Below are positions 17,515 to 26,220 of a stretch of 55,481 bases of DNA, one piece after another. The DNA is taken from assembly GCA_964555805.1 (NCBI GenBank), contig CAZKTX010000001.1, forward strand, positions 1 through 55,481, given 5' to 3'. The notes under the pieces are model-generated. The model saw nothing but the letters and a program-made list of their open reading frames with translations. It was not told the origin of the DNA and ran no database searches. This DNA comes from an uncultured Rikenellaceae bacterium. Its GTDB lineage: Bacteria > Bacteroidota > Bacteroidia > Bacteroidales > VadinHA17. The first letter of the stretch is position 1. The number at the start of each line of letters is the position of its first letter. The position numbers were made by a program, and so were the translations under genes.

Positions 17515-18349
17515 TCAGAGCGCCAAGTGCAAGCAGTCCGTAAAAAGTATATTCAATATCTGGATCCGGATCAAGCGGATGGCCTGAGAAACCGCCATCT
17601 CTGAATAGTGAATCGGCAAAATCGAGCGAGTCCGGCTTAATTTCCCTGAGGTCATATCCGGCAAACCTGAGTGCATAAAGGGCCACGGCGGTAGAAAGAA
17701 GGTCTGACAAAGGAGTTGACATTGTTGCCCTGAAACCACCCTTTCCGTCATAAAATGTCATTAATACTTTAATGAGTTTATCCACAGGCTCCCTGAAACT
17801 CTTGCTCAGGACCAGTGAGGCTGCAGTTACGGGGCAGGGGAGAGTTTCATTTCCAATAAAAGACCTGAGAATTTGTCTGATCCGGAACAAGCCCCTGAAA
17901 TCCCTCAGGTAATAAAAACTCATCAGGCTCAGGAATAATCCGTAAAGTTGTTGATCTTTCACTTCTGCAGACTGCCTCAATTTTGCGCCGAAGGATTTTC
18001 TGAATGCCTTTGCCTGTCCGCTGACAGCCGACAAAACTGCAGCACAATGGAGATACACTCCCTCCGGTTCCTTCCGGCTGATCTCATTGCTTACATAAGG
18101 CCAGACCAGTGAGCACTCCTGTTTCATTTCAAGCGCATCAGCAACAAACCAGCCAAAAAGAGTATAATAAAGATCAGCATTTCCGGCCCTGTCCTCAAAC
18201 CCGCCCGACTGTGTCTGTGAAGTTCTGACGTAATTTCTCAGGCTGGCAATAAATCCGGGGTCAAGAAGGTTAAAAGAAAGCTTCAGTATTCTTTCAGGGC
18301 TTTCCCCTTCAAATTTCTTAAGATAAGGAGCCGCAAGAAGCCTAAACAT
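17507..18349 (-). CDS. Short alpha/alpha-toroid protein with prenyltransferase-beta/squalene-oxidase-type repeats
   Basis: Repeats QTQSGGFEDRAGNADLYYT, DGKGGFRATMSTPLSDLLSTAVALYAL and FRDGGFSGHPLDPDPDIEYTFYGLLAL. No DxDD motif. ATG 18349 is preferred over GTG 18355. It overlaps both neighbours. Confidence 0.6.
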   Translation of the reverse strand: MFRLLAAPYLKKFEGESPERILKLSFNLLDPGFIASLRNYVRTSQTQSGGFEDRAGNADLYYTLFGWFVADALEMKQECSLVWPYVSNEISRKEPEGVYLHCAAVLSAVSGQAKAFRKSFGAKLRQSAEVKDQQLYGLFLSLMSFYYLRDFRGLFRIRQILRSFIGNETLPCPVTAASLVLSKSFREPVDKLIKVLMTFYDGKGGFRATMSTPLSDLLSTAVALYALRFAGYDLREIKPDSLDFADSLFRDGGFSGHPLDPDPDIEYTFYGLLALGALND

Positions 18350-19958
18350 ATTCACTGAAAGTTTTTCCCACTATCTCATTCAGGGCGAGTTTCAGCCTCA
18401 GGTTGGAGATTTCCTCCACGCACTTGTATGTTCTGTCCAGATACCCTGCAAGCATAGTTGTTATCTGTGCCCGTATATTATATTTTTCTGCAATGGGATG
18501 CAGTTCCTTCATACTTTTGTTTTTCAATGCTCCGGCAATAATACTGAGGTCAGAAACCCCGGCTTGTCCGGCCAGAAGTGAGATCAGAACCGACTGGTCA
18601 TCAAAGGATGAAAACCCATTTGTGACTGTGAAATCCTCAAGATCATCCTTCATCTGGTATGCAACTCCGATCAAGTCGCTGAATTGTTCAAGCAGATCCA
18701 GTGTTTTTTTATCGGAGCCAGCCGCAATAGCTCCAACCTGCAAGGCCACTTTGAAAGCGGCAGATGTCTTGTTCCTGAAAACCTCAATTATTTCATCCAT
18801 TGTCAGTATCCTTCCGTCGCGGCGGGCCATCAGCTCTTCGCCCTGTCCGACCGACATTGCCCTGTGTCCCTGGGCAACTGCTTTAAAGCACTCACCCATT
18901 GGACCGTGAGACAGACCGCTTTCAGAGAGCAGTCTGTACCCTTCACCCATGAGGAGATCACCCAGGTTGATTGCAACAGGTATTCCGTAACGGGTGTGAA
19001 TTGTCTCCTTGCCGTACCGGAACGAATCATTGTCCTCAATATCGTCATGAACCAGGGAAGCTTTATGGAAACACTCCACCGACATTGCCAGATGAGCCAG
19101 CATATCCTGATCCGGATTACTGTTGAATGCCTCATAGGCAAGCACTGTAAGCAAAGGACGTATCCTCTTGCCTCCGGCCATCAGCATCTCCCTTACAATC
19201 TTTCCTGTTGCGGAACCGGCAAAGCGGGTCATGCCGTCAATTCTGGTCTCAGTGAAGAGTGCAGAAGTCTTTTCTTTCAGATTATTGATATTCAATAATT
19301 TAAAATCAGAATTTCTTTCAATGTAATTTATTTCCTCACTAACCCAGAGAGCATCGGCCTTTGTATCCTTGCATCCGCATGTAACAAGGGGAATTCCGAT
19401 GGCCGGAATCGAGTATTTTGTAACCGAACTGAACATTTTCCTGAGCACATCCATGCATCCCACGCCAACAACTGCATCAACTTTACCGCTTTCAACCAGG
19501 CGGGTGGCAATTGTAGTGCCCTCCGCCACGATTGTAATGTATCCAAGGTCCTCGGCTTCCTTCAGGAACCCGCAGATATTGCAGTTTCCGCATTCACTGC
19601 ACAAAAGTCCAAGTTCATCTTCCACGCCTGTGCAGAGTTTACTGTTCCTGAGGCACATCGGAAGCAAAAGCATACGGCGTTCGAATTGTATGGAACCAAC
19701 TATTGGCCGCCATATTTCATTTCCCCCGCAAACCATTACAAATGCCTTGTGACTTTCGTCCCAGTTGTTTTCCGCAATAAGCATATCAGCGTAAACAGCC
19801 AGCTGATCGTATGAGACAGGAGGCATTATCTTCTTTTCGGTGAAGAATTGATGAACTTTCCTCCTGATCTCCTCACGCTGCTCATGCACCAATGGAACAA
19901 CAAGAGGCATTACTGCTTCCTGTTCTACTTCCTTAATATGCTGATTTGTATCATCCAT
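18342..19958 (-). CDS. Fusion of a Cys-rich DUF116-like domain with a trans-polyprenyl diphosphate synthase
   Basis: C-terminal half carries the first aspartate-rich motif (FARM) LVHDDIEDND and the second (SARM) QMKDDLEDF. N-terminal half has RMLLLPMCLRNSKLC...LCSECGNCNICGF...VVGVGC, which resembles DUF116 as I recall it. ATG 19958 is preferred over the track's TTG at 19994. Confidence 0.75.
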   Translation of the reverse strand: MDDTNQHIKEVEQEAVMPLVVPLVHEQREEIRRKVHQFFTEKKIMPPVSYDQLAVYADMLIAENNWDESHKAFVMVCGGNEIWRPIVGSIQFERRMLLLPMCLRNSKLCTGVEDELGLLCSECGNCNICGFLKEAEDLGYITIVAEGTTIATRLVESGKVDAVVGVGCMDVLRKMFSSVTKYSIPAIGIPLVTCGCKDTKADALWVSEEINYIERNSDFKLLNINNLKEKTSALFTETRIDGMTRFAGSATGKIVREMLMAGGKRIRPLLTVLAYEAFNSNPDQDMLAHLAMSVECFHKASLVHDDIEDNDSFRYGKETIHTRYGIPVAINLGDLLMGEGYRLLSESGLSHGPMGECFKAVAQGHRAMSVGQGEELMARRDGRILTMDEIIEVFRNKTSAAFKVALQVGAIAAGSDKKTLDLLEQFSDLIGVAYQMKDDLEDFTVTNGFSSFDDQSVLISLLAGQAGVSDLSIIAGALKNKSMKELHPIAEKYNIRAQITTMLAGYLDRTYKCVEEISNLRLKLALNEIVGKTFSEYV

Positions 19959-21129
19959 AAGCTCCCATTCCAAAAAATGCAGTCCGTTTTGCAAACCTGT
20001 AAATTAAGTTCCTCTCGGGAATAGCAGGAATCGATCCATGACTCGGCAGACGGGGTGCTTTCTCCAGAGCATCCAAATATTCAGGCCTGTTCGAAGTGTT
20101 AAGAGCATGATGCTTCTCACTGAAAGCTTTCACCCAGGCAGGATCTTCCATAAGTACGCAACCCTTTGTTTTAAGATGTATCTGATCCCGGAAATCCCTC
20201 AGAAACTCAGAACCATCATAAGGAGATTTCAGATCGCCCGGGTTAATTCTGTCGGCAGCAATCTGAAGAACAGGACAGGGTTCAACATAACCGGCAGCAT
20301 TAATATGATGGCTCAATCCGTCAGCTGCCGGGCAAAATGGTTCACCCTTTGCACTCCAGTACGAATCGATCAGTACAATCGGAAACCTGGTTCTTCCATC
20401 CACAAGAAACTTTCTAAGCCTCAGAATCTGATCCTGTTCAAGTGCAAGCTCATAGTTGGGCTTACTGCCAGCCGGACGATAGATATAGTACCAGAGGTAA
20501 ACGACACCCAGGTCATGAAGCTTATTCACAAATTCATCTGACAGGGCCATCTCAATATTCGATTTGCAAACACTGATTGCAACTCCTGTTATAAGTTTCT
20601 CCGCCACGGAAGTGCGTATAGCTTCAATAGTTCTGTTATATATGTTATTTCCTCCGCGGCGGACGTCAGCAATAATTTCATCCCCTTCAAGACTTATCAA
20701 TGGTGTAACATTGCCGGCTTTACGGAGTTCCGAGGCAATAGCCCTTGTAAGCATTGTGCCGTTTGTAAAGAGCTGGAAATAGCAATCCTGATGCTTTCTG
20801 AAAATTTCAATCAGATCGGGATGCATCAGAGGTTCTCCTCCAAGAATCCCGTTGAAGTACGATCCGTGCCTTTTCCCGTCCTCAATAACCGAATTGATCT
20901 TTTCAAGAGGCATATAATCGGGCTTACCGGCAGCCGTGACCCAGCATCCCTGGCACCGGAGATTGCAGTCGTTTGTAACAGAAATAAATTGAAAAGCCGG
21001 GAAAGGTAACCCATTCTTAACTCTCCTTCGGAATTTGCTGAAACCAAGAAGACCTTTCAATCCCATATTTATCAGGAATTTTCTCCGGCATTTTCCGTCA
21101 GCATTAATGAAGTTTTTATATATCGACAT
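19951..21129 (-). CDS. Radical SAM enzyme with C-terminal auxiliary-cluster-like (twitch/partial SPASM) cysteines
   Basis: CX3CX2C motif in VTNDCNLRCQGCW. GGEPL SAM-binding motif. C-terminal CPAADGLSHHINAAGYVEPCP (C-x14-G-x4-C). Confidence 0.85.
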   Translation of the reverse strand: MSIYKNFINADGKCRRKFLINMGLKGLLGFSKFRRRVKNGLPFPAFQFISVTNDCNLRCQGCWVTAAGKPDYMPLEKINSVIEDGKRHGSYFNGILGGEPLMHPDLIEIFRKHQDCYFQLFTNGTMLTRAIASELRKAGNVTPLISLEGDEIIADVRRGGNNIYNRTIEAIRTSVAEKLITGVAISVCKSNIEMALSDEFVNKLHDLGVVYLWYYIYRPAGSKPNYELALEQDQILRLRKFLVDGRTRFPIVLIDSYWSAKGEPFCPAADGLSHHINAAGYVEPCPVLQIAADRINPGDLKSPYDGSEFLRDFRDQIHLKTKGCVLMEDPAWVKAFSEKHHALNTSNRPEYLDALEKAPRLPSHGSIPAIPERNLIYRFAKRTAFFGMGAYG

Positions 21130-21138
21130 AATTTCCTT

Positions 21139-21945
21139 TTATATTGATGATGACTCATCCCGTGCCCTGTCCCTCTCCGAAATTGCCTTTTTCATAGCCT
21201 CTTTTCTGATTATCGACTGCCTTTTAAGTTTACGTCCCTGCAGGGCCTTATAAATATCATTGCCTAAAAATTCTTCAATATCATGTGCCTGCCTCTGCTG
21301 CTCCGAGTGTTCGTCAATCTCATCCGAACCGCCTATGGCGCCTCCATGTCTGTATTTCGGGAAGATTATGGCAGTGGCAGGACAAATTCTTGCGCAGGCA
21401 GGACAATTGTTCTTGCAGTTTTCTGGATTAACAACCGTAACACGGCCTTCGTCTTTCCTGTAAACCCCGAAAAGGCAGAAATCGGCACACTGTCCGCATG
21501 AGGTGCATCGCGAGTAATCGATAAGCGGATACCATGAAGGCCATTCCGATCCTTCCGTGATATCGGTAATAATAGGAGTTCCTTTTTGGTTTCCGCAGAA
21601 TTTGTCAATCAGGCCGGCAGCTTCTGGAAAAGATGAATCAATAAGATTAATGTGATTGAACCCGGCAACGGGGATATTTATATCCCCGGCCTGCCCGAAC
21701 AGAATATCCATACTCCTTCTGTGGCAGCCAATTACAAGACAATCATCGCCTGTTGAAAACAGATCAGCCAGTTTAATTTTCTTTTTTGCAGCCAACCCGC
21801 ACAGGTCCGACAACCTTGTGACACGGGAGGGTAAGACACCAAGATGTCTTTCAATATCCCTCAGTAATCCGGCATCGATCCTCTCACCACTGCAATTGCA
21901 GAAAATAATATGTTTGCCGTCAATCAGCCCTGAAATATTTCCCAT
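21139..21945 (-). CDS. 4Fe-4S dicluster ferredoxin-domain protein with Cys-containing N-terminal domain and charged C-terminal tail
   Basis: CTSCGQCADFC and CKNNCPACARICP motifs. N-terminal IIFCNCSG...VIGCH. It is the first gene of the 5-gene operon. Confidence 0.7.
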   Translation of the reverse strand: MGNISGLIDGKHIIFCNCSGERIDAGLLRDIERHLGVLPSRVTRLSDLCGLAAKKKIKLADLFSTGDDCLVIGCHRRSMDILFGQAGDINIPVAGFNHINLIDSSFPEAAGLIDKFCGNQKGTPIITDITEGSEWPSWYPLIDYSRCTSCGQCADFCLFGVYRKDEGRVTVVNPENCKNNCPACARICPATAIIFPKYRHGGAIGGSDEIDEHSEQQRQAHDIEEFLGNDIYKALQGRKLKRQSIIRKEAMKKAISERDRARDESSSI

Positions 21946-22096
21946 CGTGCAAAAATAACAAAAGCGCCGGTCTTATAATGCTAAAATACCCATCACCAAG
22001 GCAAATCCTTATGTGAAAAAGAAAAACAGGGATTAAAGACGAAAATGTGGGATGCAAAATGATATATTAATTTGGTTACCAGTAAAATTTGATTAA

Positions 22097-23200
22097 ATGT
22101 TTTATTTATATTGCCGGTGTAACCCCAAAAACACAAAGGCGATGGAAATGGATGATTTTGATGACTTTAAGATCATATTATGGCTTGTACTCTTCCTTCT
22201 TTTCGGTATAGTGATAATAACCTGCAAGAGGGTGCCCGATGATGTGATCATGACAGTTAACGGACCTGAATCGCCCGGCAGAATGGGCATAACACTTGAA
22301 CACGAGCACATTCTCGTGGATTTCATCGGCGCCGACAGTACAGGATATTTCAGATGGAACAAGGATTCAGTTATTGCAAAAGCCTTACCTTTTGTACTGG
22401 AGGCAAAGCAAAGCGGAGTGAAAACAATTATAGAGGCTACGCCACAATGGCTGGGAAGAGATCCTTTAATGCTGAAATCTCTCTCACGGGTCTCAGGCGT
22501 AAACTTCATTACAAACACCGGATACTACGGTGTACGAAGCAACTTTTTCATACCCGACAGTATTTTTGCTTTGGATGCCTCTGAAATTGCCGATCTGTGG
22601 ATCGATGAATACAAAAACGGAATTGAGGGAACAGGTATCAGACCGGGATTTATAAAGATCAGCGTAAATCCTGATGATCACCTTTCTCCTGAACACATTA
22701 AAATCATAAAGGCGGCCTCGATCGCCCATCTTGTAACCGGACTTGTGATTGCATCCCACACAGGACCAGACGGTCCGGCCTTTGAACAGATTGAATTACT
22801 TAAGGAATCAGGTGCCGATCCTTCGGCTTTCATCTGGATTCATGCCCAGAGCGGAACCATTGAAGGAAATATAAGGGCTGCAAGGGAAGGAACATGGATA
22901 TCACTCGATAACATCCGGAAAAGGAATGTTGAACCCGGCTCCCCGAACAGTATTGAATGGTATGCGGACAGGATCAGCCGGCTCAGGGACGAGGGTTTAA
23001 TCGACAAGGTACTGATCTCCCACGATTCCGGATGGTATGACCCTGCAAAGCCACAGGGAGGGGACTTTAACGGTTTTACTGACATCTTTGACTCACTTTT
23101 GCCTGCCCTCAGAAACAAGGGCTTTACAAATGATGATATCGACCAGATCCTTGTAAAAAACCCGGGCAGGGCCTACGCAATCAGAATCAGAAAATTGTAA
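22097..23200 (+). CDS. Phosphotriesterase-related (PTER/amidohydrolase-superfamily) hydrolase with N-terminal TM anchor
   Basis: GITLEHEHILVDF metal-binding HxH, GFIKISV (carboxylated-Lys position), SHTG, IHAQ and SHDSGW. Anchor is FKIILWLVLFLLFGIVIITC. The start could be ATG 22142 instead of 22097. Confidence 0.8.
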   Translation: MFYLYCRCNPKNTKAMEMDDFDDFKIILWLVLFLLFGIVIITCKRVPDDVIMTVNGPESPGRMGITLEHEHILVDFIGADSTGYFRWNKDSVIAKALPFVLEAKQSGVKTIIEATPQWLGRDPLMLKSLSRVSGVNFITNTGYYGVRSNFFIPDSIFALDASEIADLWIDEYKNGIEGTGIRPGFIKISVNPDDHLSPEHIKIIKAASIAHLVTGLVIASHTGPDGPAFEQIELLKESGADPSAFIWIHAQSGTIEGNIRAAREGTWISLDNIRKRNVEPGSPNSIEWYADRISRLRDEGLIDKVLISHDSGWYDPAKPQGGDFNGFTDIFDSLLPALRNKGFTNDDIDQILVKNPGRAYAIRIRKL

Positions 23201-23261
23201 AACCAAATAAGTTCAATCGTATTTCAAACTATAAGCAGACCCAAATCCTTCAAAAATCCTG

Positions 23262-24692
23262 ATGAAACACGCAATCCCTCTTACAATATGCACTTCGGTT
23301 GCAGTTGCTTCCTGCTCACAGGCAGTAAAGGACTCATCCCCTCCAAATATAGTTTACATTCTGGCCGACGACCTCGGCTATGGCGATCTCAGCTGTTATG
23401 GTCAGAAGAAATTCTCAACTCCGAATATTGACAGGCTGGCCAGCCAGGGGATGCTGTTCCGACAGCATTATACAGGCTGCACTGTCAGCGCCCCGTCAAG
23501 ATCGTGCCTCATGACAGGGCTTCATACCGGGCACACTCCGATAAGAGGTAACAAGGAATGGAAGCCTGAAGGCCAGTGGCCGCTTCCTGCAGCATCAGTT
23601 ACAGTGGCTGAAATGCTCAAGGCAAAGGGTTACACAACAGGAGCTTACGGGAAATGGGGTCTTGGGTATATAAACACAGAAGGTGATCCAAACTCACAGG
23701 GCTTCGACGAATTCTATGGCTACAACTGCCAGCGGCTTGCTCATAACTACTTTCCTGACCACCTCTGGCATAACAGGGAAATGATCCTGCTGCACGAAAA
23801 CGACAGCAGTCGCACTGGCGCGTACAGTCCGGATCTTATCCACGCCGAGGCCATAAGATTCATTGAAAAGAACAGAAGCAATCCTTTCTTCATGTTCTAC
23901 CCTACAACAATTCCCCATGCTGAACTGGTGGCAAAGGAAGAATATATGCAAAAATTCAGGGGAAAATTTGACCCTGAAAAGACATTCAAAGGTGTTGATG
24001 ACGGACCTGACTTCAGACAGGGTCCTTATGGTTCGCAGCCTGAATCGCATGCGGCTTTTGCTGCTATGGTGACTCAGCTCGACGACTATGTGGGTGAGAT
24101 AATTGATAAACTTGCTGAGCTTGGCCTTGAAGATAATACTATTGTGATCTTTGCCTCCGACAACGGACCGCATCTTGAAGGCGGTGCTGATCCCGGATAC
24201 TTTGATAGCAACGGACCCCTCAGGGGAAACAAAAGGGATATGTATGAAGGCGGAATCAGAACACCAATGATAGTAAAATGGCCTGACAGGGTGAAACCGG
24301 GATCCGTATCTGATCATATTTCTGCATTCTGGGATGTAATGCCGACATTTGCAGAAATAGCCGGAATTGATGTCCCCGAAGGAACCGATGGTATTTCGTT
24401 CCTGCCGGAACTGCTGGGTAAGAAGCAGAAAAAACACGAATACCTCTATTGGGAATTCCACGAGCAGGGCGGTAAGATTGCAGTAAGGATGGGAGACTTG
24501 AAGGCAGTTAAGCTGAATGCCGATAAAGGTCCGGAAAGCACTATCGAGCTTTATGACCTGTCGAAGGATGAAGGTGAAAACACTGACCTGGCACCGACAA
24601 ATCCTGACCTGGTGAAAAAACTTGAACAAGTGATGAATGATGCACATGTTCCTTCAGATATTTTTCCGTTCCCATTTGAAGTCAATAAATAA
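23262..24692 (+). CDS. Ser-type sulfatase (family S1), lipoprotein
   Basis: DDLGYGDLSCYG, formylglycine (FGly) motif SAPSR-x4-TG, GKWGLG, SDNGP. Lipobox VAVASC. Confidence 0.9.
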   Translation: MKHAIPLTICTSVAVASCSQAVKDSSPPNIVYILADDLGYGDLSCYGQKKFSTPNIDRLASQGMLFRQHYTGCTVSAPSRSCLMTGLHTGHTPIRGNKEWKPEGQWPLPAASVTVAEMLKAKGYTTGAYGKWGLGYINTEGDPNSQGFDEFYGYNCQRLAHNYFPDHLWHNREMILLHENDSSRTGAYSPDLIHAEAIRFIEKNRSNPFFMFYPTTIPHAELVAKEEYMQKFRGKFDPEKTFKGVDDGPDFRQGPYGSQPESHAAFAAMVTQLDDYVGEIIDKLAELGLEDNTIVIFASDNGPHLEGGADPGYFDSNGPLRGNKRDMYEGGIRTPMIVKWPDRVKPGSVSDHISAFWDVMPTFAEIAGIDVPEGTDGISFLPELLGKKQKKHEYLYWEFHEQGGKIAVRMGDLKAVKLNADKGPESTIELYDLSKDEGENTDLAPTNPDLVKKLEQVMNDAHVPSDIFPFPFEVNK

Positions 24693-24693
24693 A

Positions 24694-26211
24694 ATGAACA
24701 TAAAACTCCTGACAGGTTCGGCCGGATTTATTTCGGCATCACTGACCCAGCTAAGCTTTTCCCAGCCTCCGGAAAAACCCAATATAATCATTATTCTTGC
24801 CGACGATCTGGGCTATGGCGACATCAGTTGCTACGGTGCAACCCGGCTGAAAACGCCGAATATTGACAGACTTGCAAATCAGGGACTTAGATTTACGAAT
24901 GGCTATTGCACATCTGCGACAAGCACACCTTCGCGGTACTCTTTACTCACCGGACAGTATGCCTGGCGGCGCGAAGGCACCAGTATCCTGCCCGGTGATG
25001 CATCTGCCCTGATAACACCCGGCAGGATCACCCTGCCCTCTGTAATTAAAAGCGCCGGTTACACAACCGGTGTTGTTGGTAAATGGCACCTCGGGCTTGG
25101 GCCTGAAGGAGGCCCCGACTGGAACGGGGAAATAAGACCTGGTCCGCTGGATATAGGTTTCGATTACAGCTTTTTAGTTCCGGCCACAGGCGATCGCGTC
25201 CCATGTGTATATGTGGAAAACAGGATGGTGGTGGGACTTGATCCTGCCGATCCGATCTCAGTCGATTACAGTAAAAAAGTCGGTGACTGGCCAACCGGGA
25301 AGGAGAACCCCGAACTCCTGAAAATGCATCCCAGCCACGGGCACGATATGACAATTGTAAACGGAATCAGCCGCATCGGGTACATGACAGGCGGCAGGTC
25401 AGCGTTGTGGATCGATGAGGATATGGCCGATGTGATTACATCAAAAGCAGTCAGGTTCATCGAAGATAATCATGAAAAACCATTCTTTCTATACTTCGCA
25501 ACCCACGACATCCATGTTCCGAGGGTTCCGAACGGACGTTTTGCCGGTAAGAGCGGGATGGGCCCAAGAGGAGATGCAATACTTGAATTCGACTGGTCAG
25601 TGGGAGAGATTGTCAAAGCGGTAAAGAGAATGAAGCTTCAGAAAAACACACTCATCATAGTGACCAGTGATAATGGTCCCGTTGTGGATGACGGCTACAA
25701 AGACCAGGCAGTTGAGCTGATCGGTACCCACAAGCCTGCCGGAAAGCTGCGCGGCGGTAAATACAGCGCTTTCGAGGGAGGAACAAGAGTGGTATTCATA
25801 TCTTCATGGAAAGGAACGATAAAGAAAGGCGTTTCCGATGCTTTATTCAGTCAGATAGACCTGATGGCCTCACTTGCAGGTCTGGCAGGAGCTTCAATTC
25901 CTGAAGGCGGAGCACCCGACAGCAGGAACAACATGGATGTACTGACTGGAAAATCGGACAAAGGCCGGGAGTGGATAGTGGAACAGCCATCCAGAACAAG
26001 GCTTTCAATAGTCAGAAACGGCTGGAAGCTTATTGAACCAGGACAGGGGCCGAAGATCCAGGTCAACACAAATACCGAAACAGGAAATGACCCCGAATAC
26101 CAGCTGTATAATCTTAAGGCAGACCCCGCGGAGAAGAATAATGCAGAAGGCAGCGAGCCAGCTATTGTTAAGGAATTAACAGAACTTTTAAATAAAATAA
26201 AAGCCAATTAA
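24694..26211 (+). CDS. Ser-type sulfatase (family S1)
   Basis: DDLGYGDISCYG, FGly motif STPSR-x4-[13 protein letters not shown]. Likely start is ATG 24694 (MNIKLL...), 1 nt after the upstream stop, rather than the track start 24637. Confidence 0.9.
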   Translation: MNIKLLTGSAGFISASLTQLSFSQPPEKPNIIIILADDLGYGDISCYGATRLKTPNIDRLANQGLRFTNGYCTSATSTPSRYSLLTGQYAWRREGTSILPGDASALITPGRITLPSVIKSAGYTTGVVGKWHLGLGPEGGPDWNGEIRPGPLDIGFDYSFLVPATGDRVPCVYVENRMVVGLDPADPISVDYSKKVGDWPTGKENPELLKMHPSHGHDMTIVNGISRIGYMTGGRSALWIDEDMADVITSKAVRFIEDNHEKPFFLYFATHDIHVPRVPNGRFAGKSGMGPRGDAILEFDWSVGEIVKAVKRMKLQKNTLIIVTSDNGPVVDDGYKDQAVELIGTHKPAGKLRGGKYSAFEGGTRVVFISSWKGTIKKGVSDALFSQIDLMASLAGLAGASIPEGGAPDSRNNMDVLTGKSDKGREWIVEQPSRTRLSIVRNGWKLIEPGQGPKIQVNTNTETGNDPEYQLYNLKADPAEKNNAEGSEPAIVKELTELLNKIKAN

Positions 26212-26220
26212 AAAAATTAA

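Noticed and set aside
18403-19298. 168-aa and 204-aa plus-strand ORFs inside the polyprenyl synthase gene
   Set aside because: They are antisense to a CDS with both DDxxD motifs. They have no motifs and a Ser/Pro/Cys-rich composition typical of shadow frames.
23694-24647. 317-aa minus-strand ORF, the longest unexplained ORF in the track
   Set aside because: It lies entirely antisense to a sulfatase gene with complete family motifs. Its translation is low-complexity (F/I/V/R-rich) with no recognisable motif, which is typical of a shadow ORF.
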